From: Aigarchaeota archaeon
Lineage (GTDB): Archaea; Thermoproteota; Nitrososphaeria_A; Caldarchaeales; Wolframiiraptoraceae
Reading direction: 5' to 3'
DNA length: 64,000 bases
Assembly: GCA_025058515.1 (NCBI GenBank)
Contig: JANXDW010000028.1
Coordinates: 3,540-67,539, forward strand
Part shown: positions 39,141-47,871 of the stretch, in pieces
Layout of the letters: each line of letters opens with the position of its first letter
Numbering within the stretch: position 1 is the stretch's first letter
Program-made: the position numbers and the translations under genes
The notes under the pieces: generated by a model
Seen by the model: the letters and a program-made list of their open reading frames with translations, nothing else
Databases searched by the model: none
Told to the model about the DNA's origin: nothing

Positions 39141-39887
39141 ATGATTCAAGATATTCTCTTCTCAACTAGGATCTCTATAATCACTGCTACATTATTATAC
39201 ACGTCTTACCTAGATTGGAGATACCGTGAGATAGACGATCGAATATGGATAATCTCAGGAACTCTTCTCACAATCTTAACAGTATTAGACTTAACCATGG
39301 ATTGGAGTATAGATAAGCTATTCCTATCTCTACTATCTATCGGGTTCTCAAGCGGCTTAGCATTTGCATTCTATTTTTTCGGACTATATGGAGGAGCTGA
39401 TGCTAAAGCTATCTCTGTAATATCTTTAGGCATGCCTATATATTATTCACCTAGAGGGCTCCACCCATTCACAGGTTTAGCATCTTTAACAAATGGATTA
39501 ATATTCTCGCTTACACTACCTCTCATTCTACTTGCATACAATATCATTCAGATGATAAAAGGAAGAAAGATCTTCGAAGGGTTTGAACATGAATCGATTA
39601 TTAAAAGAATCTTTGCAGTACTCTTTGGAGTGAGGTTGAGGAATGCTAAGAGTAGGAAGTTCTGGTTTATGATGGAGGAGGAGATTGAAGGTATTAGAAG
39701 GTTTAAGTTTAACTTATTCTCTCTCGAACTCTCCGAGATCGATAGAGATGATGTATGGGTTACGCCGGGAATACCTCTCTTAATATTCATTACAGCAGGG
39801 TTCCTATACTATATCTTCATAGGAGACATATCGCACTCTATAATCAAAAGTATACTAGCTCTCCTAAACATAAGAATAATACCTTGA
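39141..39887 (+). CDS. Type IV prepilin / preflagellin peptidase (A24 family)
   Basis: Polytopic protein with DWRYREIDD (first catalytic Asp region) and GLYGGADAKA (second Asp motif). Confidence 0.7.
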   Translation: MIQDILFSTRISIITATLLYTSYLDWRYREIDDRIWIISGTLLTILTVLDLTMDWSIDKLFLSLLSIGFSSGLAFAFYFFGLYGGADAKAISVISLGMPIYYSPRGLHPFTGLASLTNGLIFSLTLPLILLAYNIIQMIKGRKIFEGFEHESIIKRIFAVLFGVRLRNAKSRKFWFMMEEEIEGIRRFKFNLFSLELSEIDRDDVWVTPGIPLLIFITAGFLYYIFIGDISHSIIKSILALLNIRIIP

Positions 39888-39945
39888 TAGTCTTAGATAT
39901 TCTTTAAGTATAGGATATGATGAGATTAGTGAAAAATATTTATGA

Positions 39946-40767
39946 TTAATTATTTCTTTATCTGTATTTGGGGGAGTAGAGGTTAAGAGGCTTAGAACAG
40001 GAATAGAAGGATTAGATAGACTGATAGAAGGAGGTATACCAGAAGGATTCTTCATAGCTGTGGCCGGAGAGCCAGGCTGTGGTAAAACCATCTTCACTAT
40101 ACACTTCATTTATCAAGGAGTACTTGATAATGAAAAGTCCATATATGTAACAACTGAAGAGAGTAGAGAATCGATAATAAATCAAGCCTCTCAATTTAAT
40201 ATGGATTTTGAGAAAGCGATTGAAGAGAAGAAGCTTATTATAATAGATGCTTTAATGGGTAGAGAAGATAGATGGAGTTTACAGAGCCTAGATATAGAGG
40301 TTCTCGTAGGTAAGATAATAGAAGCAAAGAAAGAGCTTGGATATGGTAGAGCTAGAGTTGCGATCGACTCGATAAGTGCTTTCTGGCTAGACCGACCTGC
40401 AATGGCCAGAAGATACTCTTACTACGTAAAGAAAGTATTATCAAAATGGAATTTCACAACAATCGCAGTCAGCCAGTATGCTATAACTACTTCAGAGGCC
40501 TTCGGCTGGGGAATCGAGCATATAGCTGACGGCATAATAAGATTTAGGAGGAGTATTAGATCTGGAGAGCTTAAGAGATATGTTTTGATAGAGAAGATGA
40601 GGCAGACGAATCATAATAGGTATCTAAACGAGATAGATATAGTTCCTGGGAAAGGCTTAGTAATTCTAGGACCAGTAGAGAGGAGAAAAGAAGATCTTAG
40701 TCTTCCTAGAGATGTTTTCAAAAAGATTATCGATACAAAGAAGAAAAGTGATGTAGAGATACCTTGA
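39946..40767 (+). CDS. KaiC/RadA-like RecA-superfamily ATPase (start codon unresolved)
   Basis: RLRTGIEGLDRLIEGGIPEGFFIAVAGEPGCGKT (Walker A), then IIIDAL-type Walker B. The open frame begins after the TGA at 39943-39945. The first in-frame ATG/GTG/TTG is the GTG at 40060, inside the P-loop strand. Confidence 0.75.
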   Translation, partial: LIISLSVFGGVEVKRLRTGIEGLDRLIEGGIPEGFFIAVAGEPGCGKTIFTIHFIYQGVLDNEKSIYVTTEESRESIINQASQFNMDFEKAIEEKKLIIIDALMGREDRWSLQSLDIEVLVGKIIEAKKELGYGRARVAIDSISAFWLDRPAMARRYSYYVKKVLSKWNFTTIAVSQYAITTSEAFGWGIEHIADGIIRFRRSIRSGELKRYVLIEKMRQTNHNRYLNEIDIVPGKGLVILGPVERRKEDLSLPRDVFKKIIDTKKKSDVEIP

Positions 40768-41636
40768 GTGAAGATATAATCATTAAACATTATATGAAAG
40801 ACGAGGTTTTACGAGAGATCGTAGATTTCTCTATCGGTAAATGGATTGCAGTTCACTGTGCTAAGACCGATGAAAGTGGAGAACAATTAATGTTCAGATA
40901 CTATCCGAAGACCGGTAAACCCCTCAAAATATCCTCTCCAGAAGATGTAAAGAATTTATTGATAATCTTTGAAAGATTTTCACCGAGGACATTTTATGCC
41001 TCGATAAATGTTTATAAGAGATTAGAAGTTAAAGAAGATATCTTAGATAGAATCAATATTGTAGCTTCTACTCCTACATGGGATATAGACCCGTTGAAAG
41101 AAGATTACAATATAGTGATAAGGTCTGTAGAAGAACTGGTCAGCAAATTAGATAGTCTAGGTGTATCTAGATCTGTTATAGTTAAATGGAGTGGGAGAGG
41201 TGCACACGTTCATATACATCCAAATGCTTTTAGTCCTAAGATATATCGAAAGATACATCCCCTTGATGTTGCATATTCTGTAACAGAATACGTTCTAAGG
41301 AAGATGTCGAACTATGATAATGTAAAGATAGAGAATAAAATAGATCTCGGAAGAGTCTTCACAATTCCACTATCTATACATAGGAGACTCAACAGGGTAT
41401 CAGTTTGCATTAATGTAAATGAAATCTGGGGATTCGACTTAAGCTGGACAGATATAAACAGTTTTAGACACGATAGTTCTTGGAGAGACCATATAGTTGG
41501 AGAAGGAGATGATCTAGCTGAGAGAGCATTTAGAGAAATTGGACCCTACTTGTATAAGGGGAGAAAGAAGAGAGTTAGTAAACCACTGGATAAGCAGATC
41601 CTTGAAACACTTGAGAAGTTTAAAGACGTAGTCTAG
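40764..41636 (+). CDS. Archaeo-eukaryotic primase (AEP) catalytic subunit-like protein, possibly PriS
   Basis: AEP motifs TWDIDP (DxD), WSGRGAHVHIH (sGxGxH) and DLGRVFTIPLSIH. Only 2 Cys, so no zinc-knuckle. The start overlaps the KaiC-like stop by 4 nt. Confidence 0.7.
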   Translation: MSEDIIIKHYMKDEVLREIVDFSIGKWIAVHCAKTDESGEQLMFRYYPKTGKPLKISSPEDVKNLLIIFERFSPRTFYASINVYKRLEVKEDILDRINIVASTPTWDIDPLKEDYNIVIRSVEELVSKLDSLGVSRSVIVKWSGRGAHVHIHPNAFSPKIYRKIHPLDVAYSVTEYVLRKMSNYDNVKIENKIDLGRVFTIPLSIHRRLNRVSVCINVNEIWGFDLSWTDINSFRHDSSWRDHIVGEGDDLAERAFREIGPYLYKGRKKRVSKPLDKQILETLEKFKDVV

Positions 41637-42883
41637 ATCTTTCTAATATCCATCTCTACGCTTAGTTTTTCTAATCCATTCTCTTCAACGAATCCAGCTA
41701 GATAGCCTGCAGCACAACAAGCTCTAAACGGGTCTAATCCATGAGATAAGAAGAAGAGTAGTGTAGCTCTCAATGTGGATGACCCAACTTCTTTTAAAGG
41801 TCTCGAACGCCAAGAAGCTTTACACCTAGAACCATCTGTAACAATATCAACATCGGATTCTACGTAAATAATCTTACCTAATTCAACTGCAAGTTCTCTA
41901 ACTTCTCTACATCTATCTACAATCTTCTTATTAGAGAACCTATTATCTTTAATTAGAGAGATATCAGCTTCCTTCCTCAACCCCTCTGAGACCATGAGAG
42001 TTTTTGAAGGTATTCTATATTCCTGTTCAACATTTTCACCAAGATATATTATTGGACAATCTAGATATTCATCTATCTTGAAATTCATTCTTAGTTTTTC
42101 AAGAATACTAGTTATCTCTTTTCTAGGATTTATCAAAGCTACAGGTTTTGCCCCTAAGGTTAAATCCATCAATGCATCTCTTAAGTCTCCTGGCCCCATC
42201 ACTATCTCGGCTTCAGGTGGAATACCTATAGATTCTATTATGACTTCTCCACAGTATCCAGCTGCCGCCGGTATTCCTCTCTTGACTTTATGGAATGTCA
42301 CGGTCATATCTGCATTCACAGCTACATCTTCAACCTCTCCAGTATCAGGATTAACACCTGAAGGAATATCTACTGAGAGCTTGAATGCTTTAGATGAGTT
42401 TATCATCTCTATCGCAGTTCTCCATGGTTCTTTGATCTTTCCCTTAATCCCTGTCCCGAATATAGCGTCAACAATAGCTTCAGCCTTCTCTACCATAGGC
42501 TTTAGCTTCAAAAGATCATCTAGATTCTCTACTACGATGAATGAGATGCTCTCTCTCATTGATCTCAGAGCTTCCATGTTTATTCTTGCTTCATTTGTTC
42601 TAACTTTTGCTGGAGATCCTAAGAGTATAACGGTTACCTTCGCGCCTATTGAGACTAAGTGGCGGGCTGCAACCATGCCATCTCCACCATTATTGCCTAA
42701 TCCGCAGAATACTACGACATCTACCCCTCTTACTGTTCCGATCCAGCTGTGAACAGCTCTCGCAATAGCTGCTCCAGCATTCTCCATAAGGAGAATCCTA
42801 GGTACTCCGAGCCATTCTGAATTCTCATCAACTATCATCATCTCTCTACTAGAGATGGTAAGCTTATCCAACTCAAAGACCAT
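41633..42883 (-). CDS. NAD(P)H-hydrate epimerase (YjeF N-terminal domain) fused to a degenerate kinase-like C-terminal domain
   Basis: GLGNNGGDGMVAARHL motif in the N-terminal half. The C-terminal half aligns loosely to the dehydratase fold, but GxGD is replaced (EVGSSTLRATLLFF). Confidence 0.75.
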   Translation of the reverse strand: MVFELDKLTISSREMMIVDENSEWLGVPRILLMENAGAAIARAVHSWIGTVRGVDVVVFCGLGNNGGDGMVAARHLVSIGAKVTVILLGSPAKVRTNEARINMEALRSMRESISFIVVENLDDLLKLKPMVEKAEAIVDAIFGTGIKGKIKEPWRTAIEMINSSKAFKLSVDIPSGVNPDTGEVEDVAVNADMTVTFHKVKRGIPAAAGYCGEVIIESIGIPPEAEIVMGPGDLRDALMDLTLGAKPVALINPRKEITSILEKLRMNFKIDEYLDCPIIYLGENVEQEYRIPSKTLMVSEGLRKEADISLIKDNRFSNKKIVDRCREVRELAVELGKIIYVESDVDIVTDGSRCKASWRSRPLKEVGSSTLRATLLFFLSHGLDPFRACCAAGYLAGFVEENGLEKLSVEMDIRKI

Positions 42884-42966
42884 GATCCTCAGATCACTAT
42901 TAATAAACGAAGTAAAATAACTTATCCTTAGTCAGATTATACTATCTAAGCTATTTCTCAACTTGC

Positions 42967-43596
42967 TTAAAGGATTTCTAAATAGTGTAAGACTCTATCT
43001 ACGGCGTAATCAACTAGCTCCTTTGGAACATTCTTTACACCACATCCAACTATGAGTATTCTTCTCGTCCCCCAGTCTATCATAGTTCTTAGACTATCTC
43101 TATGTGGAAATATGTGTACGATCCCTATCTCATCTGATAGAACGATCGTATTTGACTCAAGCTTTTTTACCCTCCCAGTTATATCTATGAATTCTTCTCC
43201 ATCTTTTGCAAATCTAAGAACCAATCCTCCAACTATCTTATCTAGATCATATAATCCTATTGGTATCAATGTTTCAGTTGATGCAAGGTTTCCAGCATCT
43301 ACGACATTATTTATTGAAGGTAGGGATGATCCTGAGAGTATTCTTCTAACTAATGCCTCACTAGCAGGTCTAATCTTTGTTGGGTCTATCCCAATCTTCC
43401 AGTAAAAATCTCTGAAAGCTCTAATGATAGGATTATCCTTCAAATCCTCCAAACTATGAGTTATAGAAGATCTAAGTTTAGAGACTTGCTTATCTAAGTC
43501 TTTAGATTGTCTAATTACTGTCTCAATTTCTCTAGTTGAGATATAGATGTCTGGAAAGACCTCCTTTAGATAAGAGTCTATCTCAATTCGGACCAT
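42967..43596 (-). CDS. B3/B4 (PheT-like tRNA-binding) domain protein
   Basis: SINNVVDAGNLASTETLIPIGLYDLDKIVGGLVLRFA resembles the B3_4 domain core. Confidence 0.6.
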   Translation of the reverse strand: MVRIEIDSYLKEVFPDIYISTREIETVIRQSKDLDKQVSKLRSSITHSLEDLKDNPIIRAFRDFYWKIGIDPTKIRPASEALVRRILSGSSLPSINNVVDAGNLASTETLIPIGLYDLDKIVGGLVLRFAKDGEEFIDITGRVKKLESNTIVLSDEIGIVHIFPHRDSLRTMIDWGTRRILIVGCGVKNVPKELVDYAVDRVLHYLEIL

Positions 43597-43637
43597 CTAT
43601 CCTCTAAGTATTGCTTCTAAGGTCTATTAAGAGGTTA

Positions 43638-44315
43638 TCAGAGTGGTGGTGGGAGCTCTGAAGGAGATGGTGGCTCTTTTACAAAGGTTTCTGGAATAGT
43701 GAAGAACGATATAGCTGAGAAGATTAATGAGAGTAAGTGGAATACTGCTGGAATGATTAATATAGATATGAAAGTCCAGATTAGATTAATTATTTTAGAG
43801 GGGTCTATAGAGAAGGGTCCCATAGATATTAGACTAAATATTTGAGTAAGTAAGAATACCAATGCTCCTACTAATGTAATGATTGTAATTATCCTCATCC
43901 ATCCAGCTCTTCTAAACCATTTAACATTATACACTGAAGCAGCTCTAAAGTGGGATACCAATTCTAAAATCCACTCAACTATTCCTAAAACGGCCATGAC
44001 CGCGAAAATTATGAGGAAGATCCCTAGAGCTCCGTAGAGGTAAGAGAACATATCAGGTGGTAAGCTAGGTGTTACTCCCCATAGATCTTGTCCCATCATA
44101 ACTCCCATGAAGGGGAATAATGTTGCTACAAGAACTAAGCTTAGAGCCATCACGGTTATCATCAATACTCCAGTAGCTTTGAATATACCTTGCTTCGTAT
44201 CACCTCCAGCCATTATCCAAGCTATCGCTACGAGGATCGACCCGATAAAGTTCACGAAGGGTATCAGTAGAAGAATGTACCCAATACCACCTATCCATCT
44301 ATATCCTCTTGTCAT
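43638..44315 (-). CDS. Hypothetical integral membrane protein
   Basis: 225 aa with about 6 TM helices and a Pro-rich C-terminus. Family not recognised with confidence. Confidence 0.5.
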   Translation of the reverse strand: MTRGYRWIGGIGYILLLIPFVNFIGSILVAIAWIMAGGDTKQGIFKATGVLMITVMALSLVLVATLFPFMGVMMGQDLWGVTPSLPPDMFSYLYGALGIFLIIFAVMAVLGIVEWILELVSHFRAASVYNVKWFRRAGWMRIITIITLVGALVFLLTQIFSLISMGPFSIDPSKIINLIWTFISILIIPAVFHLLSLIFSAISFFTIPETFVKEPPSPSELPPPL

Positions 44316-44486
44316 ACAACTTCTAAGGATTAAGAAGTATATAAAAACAATCTAATTCGAGAATAGTTATACTGACTACCCATATCTCTACGTAACAATC
44401 CTCTTTAAAGCATTCTCTATCAATCTATCTTTAAAGATGTTTTCTTCAGAGGTTAAACTTTCCTTCCAACTTCTTTAAATGGATCT

Positions 44487-45059
44487 CTACTTACTCTTCT
44501 TAAATAACGGTAAGATCCCGAGATGCTGTACATCTGTTCTATATTCTCCTTCTACTAGAACTGCAACAGTCTTTACTACTTCTCCACCAGCTTCTTCAAC
44601 TATCTTCTTCATAGCTTTTATTGTCTCTCCAGTACTAACTATATCGTCAACGATCCCAACCTTCTTTCCTGCTATTCTATCTCTATATCTACCATCTATG
44701 CAGAGGACGAGCTCATGTCTACTAGTTATAGGCTTATACTTTACAACTATAGGGTCTTTCATAAATGGTTTTAATTCTTTCCTACAGACTACGTAGTAGG
44801 GATGCCCGAGCTTCTGAGAGATCTCATGAACTAATGCGATACCCTTGCTCTCAGCAGTCATCAAAAGTTCTGTATCTCTAAGGTAATCCACGAGGATGTT
44901 AGCACAATGACTTATGAATTCTCTATCACCAAGGCTATCGAAGTAGGCTATCCAGACATCTTCATCAACTCGAACCATAGGTAATCTCCTCTTAAACCCT
45001 TGAATGTTTAATTCATAATACTCTTGACCAGTGTATGGTGCGAAAACATACTCTCCCAT
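44487..45059 (-). CDS. Type I phosphoribosyltransferase (purine/adenine PRTase-like)
   Basis: PRPP-binding motif KKVGIVDDIVSTGETI. ATG at 45059 (MGEYVFAPY) is preferred over the track start at 45110. Confidence 0.75.
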   Translation of the reverse strand: MGEYVFAPYTGQEYYELNIQGFKRRLPMVRVDEDVWIAYFDSLGDREFISHCANILVDYLRDTELLMTAESKGIALVHEISQKLGHPYYVVCRKELKPFMKDPIVVKYKPITSRHELVLCIDGRYRDRIAGKKVGIVDDIVSTGETIKAMKKIVEEAGGEVVKTVAVLVEGEYRTDVQHLGILPLFKKSK

Positions 45060-45520
45060 ACTGAACACCCATCGAACATTATCAAAATAATATAAGCGGT
45101 AATTAAACATTCCTAAAGATATTCTATAAGGTATTAATGAATTAATTAATGAATAATTAATTTAAGATGTTAAGTAATCCTACAAGACCTTTCTTGATTG
45201 AAGAATAGTGTTTAAATTAAATCGATGGAGATTCTCTAACAAAATACAAGGAGCTCCTTAAACAACATATGTTGATCTTAATTATATGCTGAGATTACAT
45301 AATCTGGAAAGATGCACGTATCTTTCATAGTGTATTCAAATATTATCTTAATCTGGTAGTTTGCGGAATCGGTTATCTCTGAGTGGATTGAAGCCACTGT
45401 TCACGCACCACACATATCAATCGAAAACTCTTGCTCTAGATCTTTCATAATCTCATATTGATACTGTAAACTTACTAGGCTAATTATCTCAATTCCCGGA
45501 AAAGCTAATGATTAAAACTA

Positions 45521-46762
45521 TTGTTGTTAGAGCCTCATTCCGCATTGAGTAGACATAGGTATATTCAGAGCTACAGTATAAGCGACTCGTGGAAGTATGC
45601 TGAGAATGGATGGGGTATCAGCTTACATAGAATCTGTTCTAGAACAGGTTCATTTCCACCTTCTCTAGCCTATTACTTTATCATGAAATACTCTAAAGCT
45701 GGAGATATCATACTAGACCCTTTCAGCGGTAAGGGCACAGCGCCCTTAGAAGCATGTCTAAATAATAGAGTAGGGATGGGCAATGACTTAGCACCTGAAG
45801 CATATGTTTTAACGAGAGCTAAAGTTAGACCTGTAAGATATCGTAAGGTTCTAGAGTGGATCGAGTGGGCAAAGAATAAGATTATGCCTATAGAATACAG
45901 AGTATGTGATGTAGAAGAAAATGTAAGAGTATTCTATAGTGATTATACTTTAAGACAGATCTTAGCGGTACGAGATCTACTCGATGATATGGAAGACAAC
46001 GATCTATCAAACTTCATAAAAGCGTTGATGCTTGGAATACTTCATGGTCCATCTAGAATGCATCTTAGTATAAAGAGTTCTCACTCATTCTCTATGTCTC
46101 CAAATTATGTAAAACATTACATGAAGGAAAATGGTGTGAGGAAGCCTAGGAGAGATGTATTAAAGTGTTTAAAGATGAAGGCTGATAGAGTCTTTAGAGA
46201 TGGTATACCTGCAGTTAGAGGAGAAGCATTCATTGTCGATGCTAGAAATCTACCGATTGAAGATGAAAGCGTAGATCTAGTGATCACTTCTCCCCCATAC
46301 TTTAATATGCAGACATATGCGTGGGACAACTGGTTAAGATTATGGTTTCTAGGATATAGGTATGAAGAAGTAAGAGAAAAACTCTTTCAGACAAACTCTC
46401 TAAATAAGTTTAAGACATTCATTAAAGAATGTTTGAGAGAGATATTCAGAGTATTGAGATGGGATAGAGCTGCAGTAATAGTCCTGGGCACGGTTAAGCT
46501 TAGAGATAACATTGTGAATATGGCTGAAGAGGTAGCTCCGATAGCTGAAGAAGTCGGGTTCAATATTGAATTCTTTATCTCTGATGGTGTTCCTAAATCC
46601 AACAAGTATCTCTGGTATCTGAATGATGAACAAGGTGTAAATAGAGAAGTGATACTAGTAATGACTAAAGGAGAGTTCATTCCAAACGATCTAAGAATTG
46701 ATTGGAGTAACGCTAAGCCAACTTCACTAATAAGAGAACTTGAAGAAGTGGTGATAGTATGA
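45521..46762 (+). CDS. SAM-dependent N6-adenine/N4-cytosine-type methyltransferase, motif I before motif IV
   Basis: FPPSLAYYFIMKYSKAGDIILDPFSGKGT (SAM-binding motif with preceding FP element) lies near the N-terminus. VITSPPYFN (catalytic SPPY) lies about 190 aa later. TTG start is the first start after the stop at 45509-45511. Confidence 0.75.
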   Translation: MLLEPHSALSRHRYIQSYSISDSWKYAENGWGISLHRICSRTGSFPPSLAYYFIMKYSKAGDIILDPFSGKGTAPLEACLNNRVGMGNDLAPEAYVLTRAKVRPVRYRKVLEWIEWAKNKIMPIEYRVCDVEENVRVFYSDYTLRQILAVRDLLDDMEDNDLSNFIKALMLGILHGPSRMHLSIKSSHSFSMSPNYVKHYMKENGVRKPRRDVLKCLKMKADRVFRDGIPAVRGEAFIVDARNLPIEDESVDLVITSPPYFNMQTYAWDNWLRLWFLGYRYEEVREKLFQTNSLNKFKTFIKECLREIFRVLRWDRAAVIVLGTVKLRDNIVNMAEEVAPIAEEVGFNIEFFISDGVPKSNKYLWYLNDEQGVNREVILVMTKGEFIPNDLRIDWSNAKPTSLIRELEEVVIV

Positions 46763-47871
46763 TACTCGAGACTCATGGAGATACTTGTAGACTTGGCTAT
46801 CTAAGGATAATACCATGCATCATGGAGGATGAAGAACCTAGGAGTTTTGACTTCATCTCCAGCATACTATATGATATCATTAAGAATGCAGAAGATCTAA
46901 GAACTATAGGACGTAATGCAGTAGGCTTAATTACTAGACCTGTAAACGCTAGAAACTATGTTACACTTGCTGTAGAGATGGGGATGATAGATAGAAAGAT
47001 GCAGAAGCTCGGAGTATTTGGGAAGATCTATCTCGTACTTAACTCAAGTGATCTAATCAGAGAATTTGTTGAAGGTAGATCTCAGCTCTCTATGAGAGAC
47101 TTGATAAATCTATCAGATTCAGAGAGATTATACTTTATGTGGGTGGTGGCCGTCTCAGACTATCCTTTCATACAATTAATAATCAACTGGGCTGTAGAGA
47201 AAGAAAGATTTACAAGACAAGAAGCGATGAACTATATTATGGAGGAAGCTTACCCAGCTTCTCTAAAGAAGATCTTGAATACCCTTCCAGAATCTAAGAG
47301 AAAAAATATTGAATTGGAGATAGTTGAAGCAGAGAAGTTTAGAGATAAGAGAACCTCTATCATTGATAAGACTGATTGGATAAGGACAAGCCTATACTCT
47401 AAATATAGACATATTGCACCACCTAGACTTGAATGGTTAGTCGATGTGGGAATTCTTAGAAGAGATGGTAGAGGAAAATACTCTGTAGATGAGCAAGTAG
47501 TGCGTAATATTGAGAAGTTCTCGAAGATTCCTAAGATGAGCTTACATAAATTTGAAGAATACATCTTTGAAGAAGTATCTAAGATGATGTTTGGATCATT
47601 TAGGAGTGCTGGAAGATATGAGATCTCGAAGACTATTCTAGAAGCTTACTCAAGACTTGAGAAACATGGACTAGGACAGATAAGATTAGATTATTTAGAA
47701 AAGGTTACGTCATTACTACTTATAGAGAAGAGGCTATACGCATCTCTATCATCAATACACGATGTATTTAATAGCTTAGCTATAAGATTTCCAGATAAGA
47801 TCTATGTAGCTCCAAGTCCTGGAGGAAGCTTAAACGTTGCTAGGATCGATTTAACAGAATCTGAGATCTAG
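46759..47871 (+). CDS. Hypothetical 370-aa protein translationally coupled to the methyltransferase
   Basis: The ATG overlaps the MTase TGA (ATGA). Two winged-helix-like stretches (YVTLAVEMGMIDRKMQKLGVFGKIYLV; LEWLVDVGILRRDGRGKYSV). No PD-(D/E)xK, HNH, GIY-YIG or PLD motif found by eye. Confidence 0.5.
   Translation: MILETHGDTCRLGYLRIIPCIMEDEEPRSFDFISSILYDIIKNAEDLRTIGRNAVGLITRPVNARNYVTLAVEMGMIDRKMQKLGVFGKIYLVLNSSDLIREFVEGRSQLSMRDLINLSDSERLYFMWVVAVSDYPFIQLIINWAVEKERFTRQEAMNYIMEEAYPASLKKILNTLPESKRKNIELEIVEAEKFRDKRTSIIDKTDWIRTSLYSKYRHIAPPRLEWLVDVGILRRDGRGKYSVDEQVVRNIEKFSKIPKMSLHKFEEYIFEEVSKMMFGSFRSAGRYEISKTILEAYSRLEKHGLGQIRLDYLEKVTSLLLIEKRLYASLSSIHDVFNSLAIRFPDKIYVAPSPGGSLNVARIDLTESEI

Noticed and set aside
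41994-42752. 252-aa plus-strand ORF
   Set aside because: Lies entirely antisense to the well-supported NnrE-like gene. Its composition is low-complexity and Ser/Pro/Ile-rich, with no motif. Typical shadow ORF.
45382-45398. Hairpin AGTGG-ATTGAAG-CCACT (minus strand loop CTTCAAT) as a tRNA T-arm fragment or att site
   Set aside because: No flanking acceptor or anticodon arm can be folded. The loop does not fit the TTCRANY consensus with a 5-bp stem, and no matching repeat was found elsewhere in the window.
45505-45515. 11-nt match (CTAATGATTAA) to the RHH-flanking 14-mer just upstream of the methyltransferase start
   Set aside because: In this AT-rich sequence an 11-mer match in 64 kb is close to chance expectation. 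The core TAATGATTA also occurs at 7126-7134 in an unrelated spacer.
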